This document shows, piece after piece, positions 1 to 14,459 of a stretch of DNA of 64,000 bases. The notes under the pieces are model-generated. The model worked only from the letters and a program-made list of their open reading frames with translations. It was not told the origin of the DNA and ran no database searches. The stretch's first letter is position 1. Every line of letters begins with the position of its first letter. This stretch comes from the human T2T-CHM13v2.0 reference genome, Homo sapiens, in NCBI RefSeq assembly GCF_009914755.1, contig NC_060926.1. One strand, given 5' to 3'. The position numbers and the translations under genes were made by a program.

Positions 1-249
<249 letters not shown>

Positions 250-499
250 TTACATGACTGCATGTATAATTCTACCTAATTGAATTGAGTTTTCAAATTA
301 TTTTTTGTGTGTGTCTTAGACAGTGGCGCATTGAAAGTACTGCCTGTCCAAAATCAGGAACAGAAAAGTATTTCAATTACTCAGAAAGTAGACATGGCTG
401 GAAAATCATAAGTAAGTGGTTATTAATGTCAAGTTTAAAGCTCTCAGGCTCTTCTGTCAGGCCACGCAGGGCAAATGAGATCAACAGGATGGTTTCTTG

Positions 500-796
500 T
501 TTTTTTTTGAGACGGAGTCTTGCTCATTGCCCAGGCTGGAGTGAGAGCAGCGGCACGGTCTCGGCTCACTGAAACCTCCTCCGCCTCCTGGGTTCAAGCA
601 ATTCTCCTGCCTCAGCCTCCTAAGCAGCTGGGATTATAGGCAAGAGCCACCACGCCCGACTAATTTTTATATTTTTAGTAGAGATGGGGTTTCACCATGT
701 TGGCCAGGCTGGTCTTGAACTCCTGGTCTAAAGTGATCCACCCTCCTTGGCCTCTCAAAGTGCTGAGGTTATAGGCGTGAGTCACTGTGCCTGGCC
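500..796 (-). mobile_element. Alu, full length
   Basis: Poly-T then reverse-complement Alu body; TSD AACAGG/AATGGTTTCT on both sides. Confidence 0.95.
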
Positions 797-936
797 CAAC
801 AGAATGGTTTCTAATAAAAATATTTATTACCATTGCATCCTACCCCATTCCCACTCAGTGTGCCCCTTACTTAAATGGCCGCCTTCACCCAGGCCACTAC
901 AGGGAGGGCACTGACTTGGAAGGACAGAACACTCAC

Positions 937-1076
937 CACTACCTAGCCTTCACCCTGGTCATCAGTTGCACTTGATATGGCTATAGCTGGTATATTTCTA
1001 TAATGATGGGAATCATAGAAATTGTTAGTATTGAGTTGCAAGTCATTGGTAATGTTTTCCAAGGAATGACCAAGTT
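937..1076 (-). other. Exon-like segment (candidate decayed or non-coding gene)
   Basis: Minus strand: pyrimidine tract and CACAG acceptor, GTG|GTGAGT donor; one frame reads ELGHSLENITNDLQLNTNNFYDSHHYRNIPAIAISSATDDQGEG*. Confidence 0.4.
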
Positions 1077-1502
1077 CTGTGATAATATATGCACAGACAG
1101 GAAAAAATACAAATAAATTTAACAGCACATATAAAAATACTATCACCTTATACTGTTCATTTTGTGCCATCCAGGCATGTAAGGGAGAGAGAAATAAGAT
1201 AAATTTGCTGGTGGGAGAAGCAAGCAAATAGAGAGAAGTTTAGAGGCAAAGAATTTGGGAGGGGCTGGTGAAAAAGAAGGGGAAGGAGGAAGTACAACCA
1301 AACTCCAAAGGGTAAGTGGAATTGCTGTAAGAGAGATTTTCTTTTGAATAAAAAATGCAGGTACCTTTTAAGTACAAAAGGAATAGGAAAAGAAACAAAA
1401 CACATTGAAAGGTACAATTAACCAAAAAAGGAGGCAGAAGGTAAAAAAGACATAAAATGGACCAAGACTATATCAAGTAACTTTAAAAATGTTTCTTTAA
1501 AA

Positions 1503-1631
1503 TTTTGTTTTGGTAGAGATGGGGTCTCACTATGTTGCCCAGGCTGGTCTCAAGCTCGTGGGCTCAAGTGATCCTCCTGCCTTGGCCTCCTAAAGTCCTG
1601 AGATTGCAAATGTGAGCCACTGTGCCTGGAC
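1503..1631 (-). mobile_element. Alu monomer (FLAM/AluJ left arm)
   Basis: GTAGAGATGGGGTCTCACTATGTTGCCCAGGCTGGTCTC...GTGAGCCACTGTGCCTGG. Confidence 0.9.
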
Positions 1632-2609
1632 TTAAGTAAGTTTTAATTTAGTGAAAGATTTCTGTTATTTTACTTCTTATAACTTATTCCTTAGAAAAAG
1701 GTCCCAGAGTTATGGATTCAGTGACCAAGGAGCTACTCAAAAATAGTTGCCTTCGAGAAGACTTGAATTCATGACATCTTCCTTTTTCAACTTAACTGGT
1801 TTAAGCAAGTTATTTAAAAATTGCGCCACAGTGTATAATTTCCCCCAAATTTCAAATTCTGTTAAACTACTTCGAGGAACTGAGAGTATATTTTTATGTC
1901 ATCTGCACACCAGAGTAATTTGTGAAGCCCTGGAAGGGAAATGTGATTTCTGATGGTATCTCAGCTTGAAACACATGAAGCGGAACCAGAGGTCACGCTC
2001 ATAACCTATCAGGAATTAAAGGAAGTGATTCTACTTGAAAGACCCTAATGTATGTTAAGACTGAAGGAGACAGGTCCCTCCCTGGCTGGGGGAGAAAGGA
2101 AGAATAAAGGTAGAGAGATGGCCAAGAGGGAAAACAGTTGTACGCGTTGTGCCTGGGTATGTGATTATCCTCTTGTGCCCTAAGTTGTGAATCTGGATGT
2201 CATTGATATCCTGTTCCAGCTTCCTCTGAATCCACTAAACTGTTGAAGCCAGGGCTTGCTTCCTGCCTCAAACTCACAGTGTAGGTTAATACACGTTTTT
2301 ATTGGACTGGGATCTCTCTTGCTACCAAGGCTGAAAAGAGCAAGCTGAGGAAAGATGAAATTGACCCTCCGGCAGGCTGACTCCAACCCCAAGGAACACC
2401 ATGCTGCGCATTGCAGCCACCACACAGACCGTGCCAGGGAATTCTTCCTTGGCAGCAAGTGCTCGCTTTTGATTATTTGTTTGAAGAGCATAGGCTGGGT
2501 TTGGAACTAGTTGTCCCTTCTGTGCTTCGTTAGATCCTGTGTCTATTTCTTTGACCGCTTCTCATAATATCCAGTCGCTGCTGGCTTATTGGAAGGCAAG
2601 TAACCAATG

Positions 2610-2810
2610 TGCCTTATTAAGAGTATGGCTTCTGGAGCCAGCCAGCCTGCATTCACATACAGGTACTAGAGGTGTGGCCTTGGGCAAGTTACTTAACCTT
2701 TCTGTGGCCCAGACTACAGAATGGAGATAATGTCTCCTAGAGCTGCTGTTGGGATCAAGGTTAATATGTGTAACGTGCCTGAAGCAGTGACTACAATATT
2801 AGCTGTTAAT
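2610..2810 (+). mobile_element. MIR SINE
   Basis: MIR core TGTGGCCTTGGGCAAGTTACTTAACCTTTCTGTG. Confidence 0.75.
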
Positions 2811-2954
2811 ATTATTATAAATCTATCTTTTCCACAGGAATGTGGAAAAAAGGAAGGCAAATTTGTATATCCAATCCCTATCATAATAGAATATTCAATG
2901 CTTCTTGAATGTTAGAGGATAGTTTTGGTAGATTTGGTTTTAGAGCTCTGACCC

Positions 2955-3190
2955 ACTATTCACTCATTTATTCATTTAGTCCATTACTCAGCAAATGTTT
3001 CTTGAACTCCTACTGGGCACTGGAGATCTTGGTAAGTGCTGGGTATAGATGGCCAACCAGAGGAAGAAGATTTCTGCCTTTAGGGGTTTTAGTGGTAGAG
3101 ACTATCATAAATGAATAAAGACAAGAATAAATTTATAATTACAATTTAATTACTTTGAAGGAAAAGAGTAGAGAGCTATGAAAGAAAAGA
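2955..3190 (-). mobile_element. L2 3' end fragment
   Basis: ATTCACTCATTTATTCATT...CAAATGTTTCTTGAACTCCTACT, the reverse complement of the L2 tail. Confidence 0.65.
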
Positions 3191-3383
3191 ACCTTTTGTT
3201 GTCTTCAAGTCCTGCTGTACAATGGTGAAAAATGCAGGAAGATAGAAAAGAAATCGCATATGTGCTCCTCATATCATTTTAATAAGTATAGGTGATCAAG
3301 GTAGAAATGTCTTTATGACTGATCTTTTACTGGTCCTTCTTATGCTTCGGCTCAATCAACACATAATGCTCTCTGATGTCCAT

Positions 3384-3540
3384 GGCTGGTTAGCTCATTT
3401 GGTTAGCTAATGAGGTCAAGGTCAGAGGTCAGCATGGGTCAGCAAGCTTTTCTCCTTTCTGTGGCCAGATTGCACTCTTAACCTCAGCCATCTTGCAAAA
3501 GTGAACATTTGGTCATAGGAAGCCTGGGTCAAGAGAATGT
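3384..3540 (+). mobile_element. Ancient tRNA-Ile-derived SINE (MamSINE1-like)
   Basis: Starts GGCTGGTTAGCTCATTTGGTTAG (tRNA-Ile 5' half and A box), then degenerates into a non-tRNA body; no intact cloverleaf. Confidence 0.6.
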
Positions 3541-3784
3541 GGATGGAGGAGTCCCAAAATTACCACAAATGCAAGCCTCATTGATCACAGGTGTCTGTTG
3601 GCATTTTCTTACACTAATGATAGCATGCTACATTTCATTGTTCTCTGTCACTGGAGTACTAGTGCCATTTTTGACCGATGTAGCCAATGATTTCTATAGT
3701 TTTTTCCCCAGAAAGGAAAATGCCATTTCAAAATAATCAAACCACTTTTGAACATTATCTCTGATAGAGGGGGTGTTGTAGAGT

Positions 3785-3950
3785 AGAGCAGTCTATTTCT
3801 GGTAATAATGTAAAAATCACTTGGGGGTCTTTTTACAAGGCAGATTCTGCTGCAATAGGCCTGGGTAGGGCTAGAGATTCTGTGTTTCAACCAACTCCCA
3901 GATGATGCTGTTGCTGCTGATCCACGGACCACAATCAGAAGAACATGCAA
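3785..3950. mobile_element. MER5A-type hAT DNA transposon fossil
   Basis: AATCACTTGGGG...GATTCTG...CTCCCAGATGATGCTG...GGACCACA pattern. Confidence 0.65.
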
Positions 3951-4201
3951 CTAAACAGACAATAGTAAATCAAAGCTAAGTCAAGATTTTAGTACAACAT
4001 ATACCAAACCAAGGCATAGTGAATGTGACCACGGGTACCACTTGGTGGAACTGTTTATTGTTGAGGACAACTCATTGTTTATAGATAAGCTCTCCCCAAA
4101 CAATGTTTCTTTTCAGTCTTTTTTTTTTTTTAAGTGGCATCCTGTTTTCCTGGGAGGGGAAGCATAAGGAAGAATTCAATATACTTGCATTTCAGAATAT
4201 A

Positions 4202-4330
4202 TTAGCTCCAGCTCTTTGAGCATTATACACACACGCACACACATATATATATATAATGCTCATATATGAGCATTATATATATATATGTAATGCTCATATA
4301 TATATGTAATGCTCAAAGAGCTAGAGTTAA
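4202..4330. repeat. AT-rich nested inverted repeat
   Basis: 24-bp arms TTAGCTCCAGCTCTTTGAGCATTA / TAATGCTCAAAGAGCTAGAGTTAA (22/24 complementary) around (CA)/(TA) runs and an internal palindrome TAATGCTCATATATGAGCATTA. Confidence 0.85.
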
Positions 4331-6364
4331 TTCCATGTTATGCAACATAAAATGTCTTTGAAACACACACAAAGCCTTTGTTTTATGGAGATTATTTTAG
4401 CTTTATCTTCCGCTTATTTCACTGTATGTGACAAGTGTGGTAAAAATCTTTTGTGTCTTGTGTATTTATTTTTTTGGTAACAAAAGGAGACAGCGCCTTT
4501 TCCCACTGCTCAGAAGAGGCCTATTCTCCTGCTGACATGTCTGCGTCACTCCTATTGATGCTATGATGATCATGAGCATGAAGTTGCCAAAGAAACTGCT
4601 TCTCTGAGGAAATTTCCATGAGTGTGAAATCATGGGAATCAAAATTGATGGGAAAGTCCCTCCGAGAGTGTGAAAATTGCCAGGATTCTTATAGGAAAAG
4701 AGCTTATGATCATCTCCTTCACCATTTAGTCAGATGCATTTCTATTGCCTTTGGAGAAAATTGCCAAGCTCTGTTCAGTGCAAAATGCTTCATTTTTCTT
4801 CAAGTACTTTGGGTGGATATATGTTTGTAAAATTCGGATTTTCATAGTTTATTTAGTCCAGCCCCAGCATTCGACAGGCAAGGACACCCAAGAACAGAGG
4901 AATGAAATGACCTTAAGGTGTGACCTACAAGTTACAGCCAGAACCAGGATACAAACCAAAGTCTTCTGCTTCTTTCTATTGTACCTCCATGCCTTGCACC
5001 CAGGGCAGAAGCTGAAAGCACATCAATTTGAAGAAAAGTTTAGGATTGGCACATATCTTTGTTCCTCAATTTATTTAAGCAATTAATAAATACTCAATTA
5101 GCTACTATTGTGTGCCTAGCACTGTTTTGCATAACATAAAGTAATTTAATATTTATTCATTAGTTCAGTTTTTCTGCTGGTAAGCTACTCAGAGATGAGT
5201 TAGGCGCTTTAGCTGTTTATTATAACAAACTTCTGCATGTTTAAAACCTCCACCACTTTTACTCTTCTGTCTCATCCCCCTCACAAATCAGTGGCTAAGA
5301 TTCTTTCCCAAGTGCCTCTTACATCACTTCTTTCCTTTCTTCATCTGCTTGTCTTGAAGGAAGGCCTTATTACCCAACTGCCACTCTGTGGTTGAGGCTT
5401 GGAGTCCCTCCTCCCAGGGATCCCCTATAGCCCTGACATTCTTTTCTCTTTTCCCTCAAAGCATTCTGTTTTTGCTGCCCTGAGTTTGCTAGATAACTGA
5501 AACTAGTTTACTATGATTCCCTTAGTTTCCTTCCTATACTTTTTGATCTAGACTCTTCCAATCATCTCCTAATTAGTGCTCTTGATCACAGCTTTTCTTC
5601 CTCCTATTTGTCCTACACATACCTGCTAAATCTATGTTTCTACAATGTGGTCATTTGCAGACATGGCCCATCTTGCCTGGAACTGCACCTGAAACACCAC
5701 AGCGGTTAATAAGTGTCTTCCTCTTCTTTTTCCTTCTATCCTACATATACCAAAGCTGGGGGAAGAAGTCTGTAGTGATTCAGTTTCCATATACGTAAAT
5801 TGGGGGTAATAATAATACTAATAATTTCTTAGGGTTGTTGTGAAAGTTTAGCTATTATTATTAATGAGAAAATGCCAAGCTATGAAGTAAATTTTATTTT
5901 CTTCTAATATTTGGTATCATTTCATGTATGCTAGTTTTAGTTATTTTTTAACCAAAAGGTAAATATCTTGAGGAGAAGACAATGTGTTGCCTGTTGGGCT
6001 TCCCTTTGAAGCCCAGCAATTGCCTAGTATGGGGCTGTGATCTCAGTGGGTATCAGGAGTGTTGTTCATCTGGGTTGTGCTCATGCTGGCTACCAGCCAG
6101 GGTCCAGGACCCTCCGTAAGGCATCTGTTCTGATAGGTCAGTGCTTGTGCCACGTTGGTTGACAAATACTTGCACATCACCCCTGCTTGACTGAATTTAT
6201 GGTAACTGGAGTTTAGCCTTGACCAACTGAAAAAGTTAAAATAGAGGAAACGTATACAGGCTTTGACTTTCTCCCTGCCACCCTCATAATATGAATTGTG
6301 TATTAAGAATAAGTTACAATGTATGGTTTGAATCCCTCTCATGGCCTACCTTACTTCATTGTGA

Positions 6365-6667
<303 letters not shown>

Positions 6668-6876
6668 TAGGTTTTAACAGAATATTACACAGAGGGTAGA
6701 GGGAATAATCGGAGAAACACAAAGAGATGGCAGAAGGCTGCAGGAGCAAGGTAGACCTGGATTCCCACACTGGTTGTAGCCAGCATGCACTCCTGCTCCG
6801 GCCTGCGGATGGCGCTGTGAGTGGAGCCCACACTTGGGGACCCCAGCTGAGGAGGCATTTCACAATGGTAATAGTA

Positions 6877-7202
<326 letters not shown>

Positions 7203-7610
7203 TAAAAAGCCAGATAGCATATTGTTATCGTCACGCATTCCTCCCTCATTAAGTAAGGATTTCTATCAAATAGCTGATGTAAGAACACTCTTTGTCCATG
7301 TTACACTGTTGAAGAAAAATAAACTCATACCTTGGGATGTTTTTCCTTTGAGAGGAGACCCCTTCCAGCTTTTACATTAGGAGAAATTGCTTCTTAGTGT
7401 GATTTGAAATCTCTTTTCCCACTTCACCACTGAATTTCCCGGAATCCAAACATGATGCTGAACACAAGGATATGGGGTAGAGGGTGGTGAGTTACATGTA
7501 ACTCTCTTCAGCGTTTGGGGAATCCCAAAGACTTTGTGCTGCCTCCGCCCTCTGAGTTTTGGGAGTTTGGCAGACACCTTAGAAAACCTCCCTTCAGCCC
7601 TCAGGTTTGA

Positions 7611-7623
7611 GTTCCCTAGCAAC
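7611..7623. promoter_or_regulatory. RFX X-box motif
   Basis: GTTCCCTAGCAAC fits the 13-bp X-box form GTTNCC-N-RGCAAC. Confidence 0.6.
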
Positions 7624-8122
7624 GGCAGCCTTAGAAACTTGAGAGAGAGGGATGGGTGTTGGGGGGATGGTTGAGAAAGAGATAAGAAGAGATGACTGAA
7701 TAGGCCTGGGATTTTACGCGCAGTGCTTAATTGAGAGTGAGGGGAGCGGGTGGGAAGGACTGCTCAAGCCCGCCGCCAGTGATCTCATACCAACCAAAAG
7801 GCAAGCGAGGGCCTGGCTGCCAGCTGAAAGGAACAAAGGCGGTAGGTGGGTGGAAGTGGCGGAGGGAGGCAGACAACTCGTAAAGGCTGGCGAGGCCCAG
7901 AGTTCTGGCCCTGGGAGGAAACGCATCCCAGCCTACAAAGGCTCCGGCCCGAAGAATGGCCTGGCGTGTAATTCAATGCAGGCCCAGTGACCACACTGGA
8001 GTTGTAGCCTTTTGTGTTAGCGACAACAATGGAGGGGGAGAAATCAGGCCACAGGCTCGCGGTGCAGACTGGCTGGTGCGGATGTCTTGGCCCTGGCGGC
8101 AACGTGAGCTGCCTGTCAGGCC

Positions 8123-8135
8123 GTTGCCCGGCAAC
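8123..8135. promoter_or_regulatory. RFX X-box motif, perfect palindromic arms
   Basis: GTTGCCCGGCAAC in the CpG-dense core. Confidence 0.75.
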
Positions 8136-8609
8136 TGGACGCCGCCCGATCGCGCCTGCAGAGCGCACTGAAAGCCGCCGCAGCCGGGTTGAAAGGCATA
8201 GCCGCGTGGTTCACAGGCCGGTCCCGGGGAACAGGAAACAAAGGACAGGGAGCTGAGGCAGGGATTGCGTGGGATCAGGAGAAGGCCTCACACCGTGCGA
8301 GGGGGGACATTGGGAACCCCCTTTTCTCAAGGCCCTGAATTGGTGCTCTATCTTAGCCCAGCGCGTGAACTGCTTGAACAAATACAGCTCTTCCTCCATC
8401 TTCAAGTTCGCACAGCATTCCTAGCCCAGATGTTGTATTCCATTGTCTGCCTATTGTGTGAAAGACATAAATAACCCCAGACAAACAACAAAAACAAACC
8501 TTGTTTAAGTGTCCAGCTGAAATTCATTTGTGAGTCAGGAAAATTTTCCAAAGTAGAACCTACCATGCACCTGGTGGATAAATAGATGGAGGCTCACCAT
8601 ACGAAAATA

Positions 8610-9515
<906 letters not shown>

Positions 9516-9600
9516 GTTTTAAAAAAGTATTTAATTGGAAAGCTTTTTAGATGGAACGTTTAGAAAGAGATTTGTTGTTGGGGGAGTAAATCAGGATTTG

Positions 9601-9602
<2 letters not shown>

Positions 9603-9648
<46 letters not shown>
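9603..9648. repeat. (TG)n microsatellite
   Basis: About 23 TG units. Confidence 0.95.
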
Positions 9649-9651
<3 letters not shown>

Positions 9652-9930
9652 GGAGACATGAAGGAATGTTTTTCTTGTTATTTGTTGACATATGGTACTA
9701 AGACCTCCCAAAATGAAACTCCTTGCTACACCACTGTATTGGTAATCAAGCCATTAACATCAAACAGCCTGAAAACAAAATAGCATTCCAATTACACAGA
9801 ACTCTTTGACCCTGAGGGTTAGGCGAACAGTTTCAGCTCACAATGAACCAGGATGGGAACACTGGAACAAAGAATTAAACTTTTTGCTCCAATAGGAAAC
9901 TAGAAAATTGTCGGCCAGCTTATTTTTAAC

Positions 9931-10009
9931 TGCACGTGCGCGCGCGCACACACACACACACACAGACACACACAAACACACACAAACACACACACACACA
10001 CACACACAC
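9931..10009. repeat. (CG)n-(CA)n compound microsatellite
   Basis: TGCACGTGCGCGCGCGCACACAC... alternating purine-pyrimidine run. Confidence 0.9.
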
Positions 10010-10209
10010 TTCCGGCTAACATCTATGCCAAACAGCATACACAAGACTTTGATTTACAAACCAGGATCTATATTCTTTTCCAGATTTTACTAGTTGTGTG
10101 AATACAAACTTTCCTTTATGTTTGTCCAAAAATAGTATGATATGAGACCTACTCCTTGCTTTCCTTCAAATTGAGCTCTTAAACATTATATCTTAGGCTG
10201 GGCACTACC

Positions 10210-10522
10210 AGTTATTAAGAACGGATGATGATTAAGATCTAGAGACCTGCTATACAATTTAGTAACTATAGCTAACAACACTATATTGTGCACTTTAAAA
10301 TATGTTAATAGGACAGATCTCATTGCAAGTGTTCTTACAAAATAATAATAATAACAAATAAACACAAGGAAATTTTTGGAGATGATGGAAATATTACATG
10401 CTTTGGTTTTGATGATAATATCATGGGTATACGCATATGTCCAAACTCATCAAGATGTATACATTCAATGTGTGCACACTTCGGTGTATCAATTATACTT
10501 CAATAAAGCTAAAACAAAAAAA
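10210..10522 (+). mobile_element. Old L1M 3' end
   Basis: GATCTAGAGACCTGCTATACAAT...CAATTATACTTCAATAAAGC plus A-tail. Confidence 0.75.
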
Positions 10523-10846
10523 GGATGCTGAGACAGTACACGGGGGCGCTTAAAGCGCTCCTACTTCCCGACTGCAGTACTAGGAGGGTGTGGGCTACGG
10601 TAGAAAGATGGTATAAAATCTCACGGGTAGCTAACTGTTGTAACCGTGGGCATGGTGGGCCGAGGGAAGCTCAGTAGTGGGTTGATGCTGAAAGTGAAGG
10701 AGGGACTGGTGCAGTGTTCCTTGACAAAATGTGAAGCAAATGGAAATTTGATTTTAGGAATTTTCCATCACCCCTGCTTTCTAGTTTCCTTCCTATTCTC
10801 ACACTCTCAGCAACTCCACATTTAAGACTTTGACATCTCAATCAAC

Positions 10847-11451
<605 letters not shown>

Positions 11452-11684
11452 TTAATTGGCCTTTTCAGTTGGAGATGTTTCAGGACTCATTCCTTCAACA
11501 GTTATTATCAAGCATGGACATTCCTTGTGTCAGGTCCTGGGTCAGCACCAGGGATATGAAGATAAATTAAACATGGCTTGTAGCCTTGAGGGTCAAGGGG
11601 CTTGGAGTGTAGACAAGGTCAGGTTCTTCAGTGTGGTTGACGAACACCAGCACCAGAATCACCAGGGATCACAGAAAGACAAAT

Positions 11685-12058
11685 AGTGCATGATGGCACT
11701 TACATGTGAAATCTAAAAAGTTGAACTGAGAGAAACGGAGAAATAGCGGTTGCCAGGGGGTGGGGGAAATGGGAAGATGTTGGTCAAAAGGCACGAGCTT
11801 TCAGTTATAAGATGAATAAGTTCTGAAGACCTAATGTACAGCATGGTAACTCTAGTTAATAATCATGTATTAGATACTGGAAGTTTGCTAAGGGAGTAGA
11901 CCTCAAGTGTTCTCACCATACACACAAAAGTAGCTTGATTGTGGAAATCGTTATAAAGGTATGCTTATGTCAAAACACTACCTCGAATGCCTTAAATATA
12001 TGCATTTTTAAAATGTGTTATTATACTTCAATAAAGATTAACAAATCATTTTAAAAAA
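11685..12058 (+). mobile_element. L1MA/MB-type 3' end inserted in a MER5-type element (about 11620-12210)
   Basis: TTCAGTTATAAGATGAATAAGTTCTG...TACTTCAATAAAG; MER5-like halves on both sides. Confidence 0.75.
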
Positions 12059-12335
12059 AGGAATCGCTGGGGAATGTTTTATTTACAAATGTTGCCTGCT
12101 GGGCCCACCCCACAATTGCTAAATCAAAATCTGCACAGGGCAAGGGAATCTGTATTTTAACAACTCCCTCAAGTGAATATTTTGCTCACTAAACAATTGA
12201 GATCCACTGGAATTTGTGAATGGATGTGAAATATCTTAGGTATAATGATGATGTTATGAACTGATTATTATAGAAGCATAGAAGGGGGTGGTGGGGTAGG
12301 ATCAAAAGGGAAGTTACCTAAAAATGATACCTGGG

Positions 12336-12629
<294 letters not shown>

Positions 12630-13551
12630 GAAGAATCAAAATGACACCTAAGCCTATTTTAATGAAAGAGAAGACAAGGGTGGGGATGAGGGTGAGGGAC
12701 AGAGTGATAAAGGGAATGGGGGCAGGACACAGAATCCCGAAGTGTCTTTCTGTAGCTGGAGTGTAAGGAGAAACCCACATTTCCTTCTGTAGCTGGAGCG
12801 TAAGGAGAAAGGAGGAATGAATCACTGATGGTGACTTTCAAGCACTGTGATAGACAGTGGAAAACTCATTCTGAGCAAGGGATATTTCTTTCTGTCGCTC
12901 TTGCCTCATTATAAGTTCAAGTTCTCTCTCCGATAAGGGGCTCTGGTTTTTGGCAAGGACTTGGCCTTTTCCTTCACATCATAGTTTCTATAATCCATGC
13001 ACATGGAATAAAAATGTGCTCCATGTCAAAAGATGATACCAGATAAGGGCTTATCAGGTCATGCAGACCACTCTGCTTTTCAGACTCAAACATCTCAGGA
13101 AATAGAGATATCTGCTTTTATCGGAGTAGGGCTGTAAACTCTGTGATGTGCAATCAAGGGAGGATGTATATTATCCTTTGGCACTTTTAAAAGAAGGCAG
13201 GCAATGCCTAGATTTTGGGGCATGGTTCTGAGGTAGTTCTGGTAAAAGAATGTGGCCCTCTCTGTCCCCCAACCTCTATTTATGCTTTGCCCTGTCATTG
13301 CATCCTCATGGGCATTTTTGTCTTCTTCCAATGTTTCTTTTCCTGGACTTCAACAGGTGGCCTTGGCATTGCAAGCCTTTGATTCTTCTGAAAACAGATG
13401 ATTACGTGGTGTGGTCAGCCTTATCTTCTTTCCCATGGTTTTATGTTTCCTTCCAGGTTGATCTGGTTTCTTTGACTACCCTATTTTAGGAAGGAGACAT
13501 TTTGCTTGGTAAAGCACATGAATTGATGTAGCCAGGACAGCTAATCTAGAC

Positions 13552-13653
<102 letters not shown>

Positions 13654-14009
13654 CCTCCCAACAGCTGCAGAGACTATTATCTATGTTGTTTTTCATCACT
13701 GGCTAGAGAAGAAGCTCAATTCATCATCAAAATAGTTGAAGTCACTTGAAAAGTTAGCATTTACCATTTGGCTCCTAGAAGAGAGAAACATTTGTTTTGT
13801 GCTAAAAGTGACTCTTTGTGTCTTTCAGTAGGAAGCCATGGCTTTAGGTGAAAGCAGAATGGTGACCACTTATATAAAGGTAGACAGTAGGGTGTTGATG
13901 GGTGGAGAAATACCAGAGTGAATAAATATACTCTTATTTCATTCCTACACATCCACCTACATAATCATTTCCACGGAGCAGTGGTACAAAAAATTAAAAT
14001 AAAAAACTC

Positions 14010-14238
14010 CAGCTCAGCATATCTCAACCTTGCCACTATTGACACGTCAGGCAAAATAATTCTTTGCTGTGGGGGCTCTTCTATGAGTTGTAGGATGTTT
14101 AGCAATATCTCTGGCCTCTATCCACAGGATGCCAGTAGCAGCCCCAAACACCTTCTGGTTGTGACTATCAAAAATGTTTCCAAACATTGCCAAATGTCCT
14201 CCGAAGGGCAAATTGCCCCGTGTTGAGAACGACTGTTC
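14010..14238. mobile_element. MER20 DNA transposon
   Basis: TCTCAACCTTGCCACTATTGAC...TTGCCAAATGTCC...GTTGAGAAC. Confidence 0.85.
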
Positions 14239-14254
14239 TAGTAGAATCACTTAC

Positions 14255-14459
14255 CACGTTAATAAATCAAGCAGTATCCAAAGTATTTACGGTAGCGATG
14301 GGAGGGCAGGATGTTCCAGTGGCTGCATTTTTGTGTTTGGTAACTTTCATGGACAGATCAGGCTTAAGTGGATGTGGAGCATAGTTTCACCCCAAGAATG
14401 TGACAGTCACAGCTGCAAGCTGACAGTGGAAAGGAGCAAATCCTTTTGGATAGGATATC
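14255..14459 (-). other. Exon-like segment
   Basis: Strong GTG|GTAAGT donor; weaker CTCACAG acceptor (exon may extend further upstream); stops in all frames. Confidence 0.35.

Larger units (their letters stand above)
7600..8420. promoter_or_regulatory. CpG-rich promoter-like region
   Basis: Non-repeat GC-rich stretch with many retained CpGs, densest at 8050-8370, in an otherwise CpG-depleted window. Confidence 0.75.

Noticed and set aside
3384-3450. tRNA-Ile gene
   Set aside because: Only the 5' part matches; anticodon and T arms are broken and it continues into a SINE body.
7785-8256. Overlapping 70-127 aa ORFs in the CpG-rich region
   Set aside because: Expected from GC-rich, stop-poor sequence; no recognisable domain.
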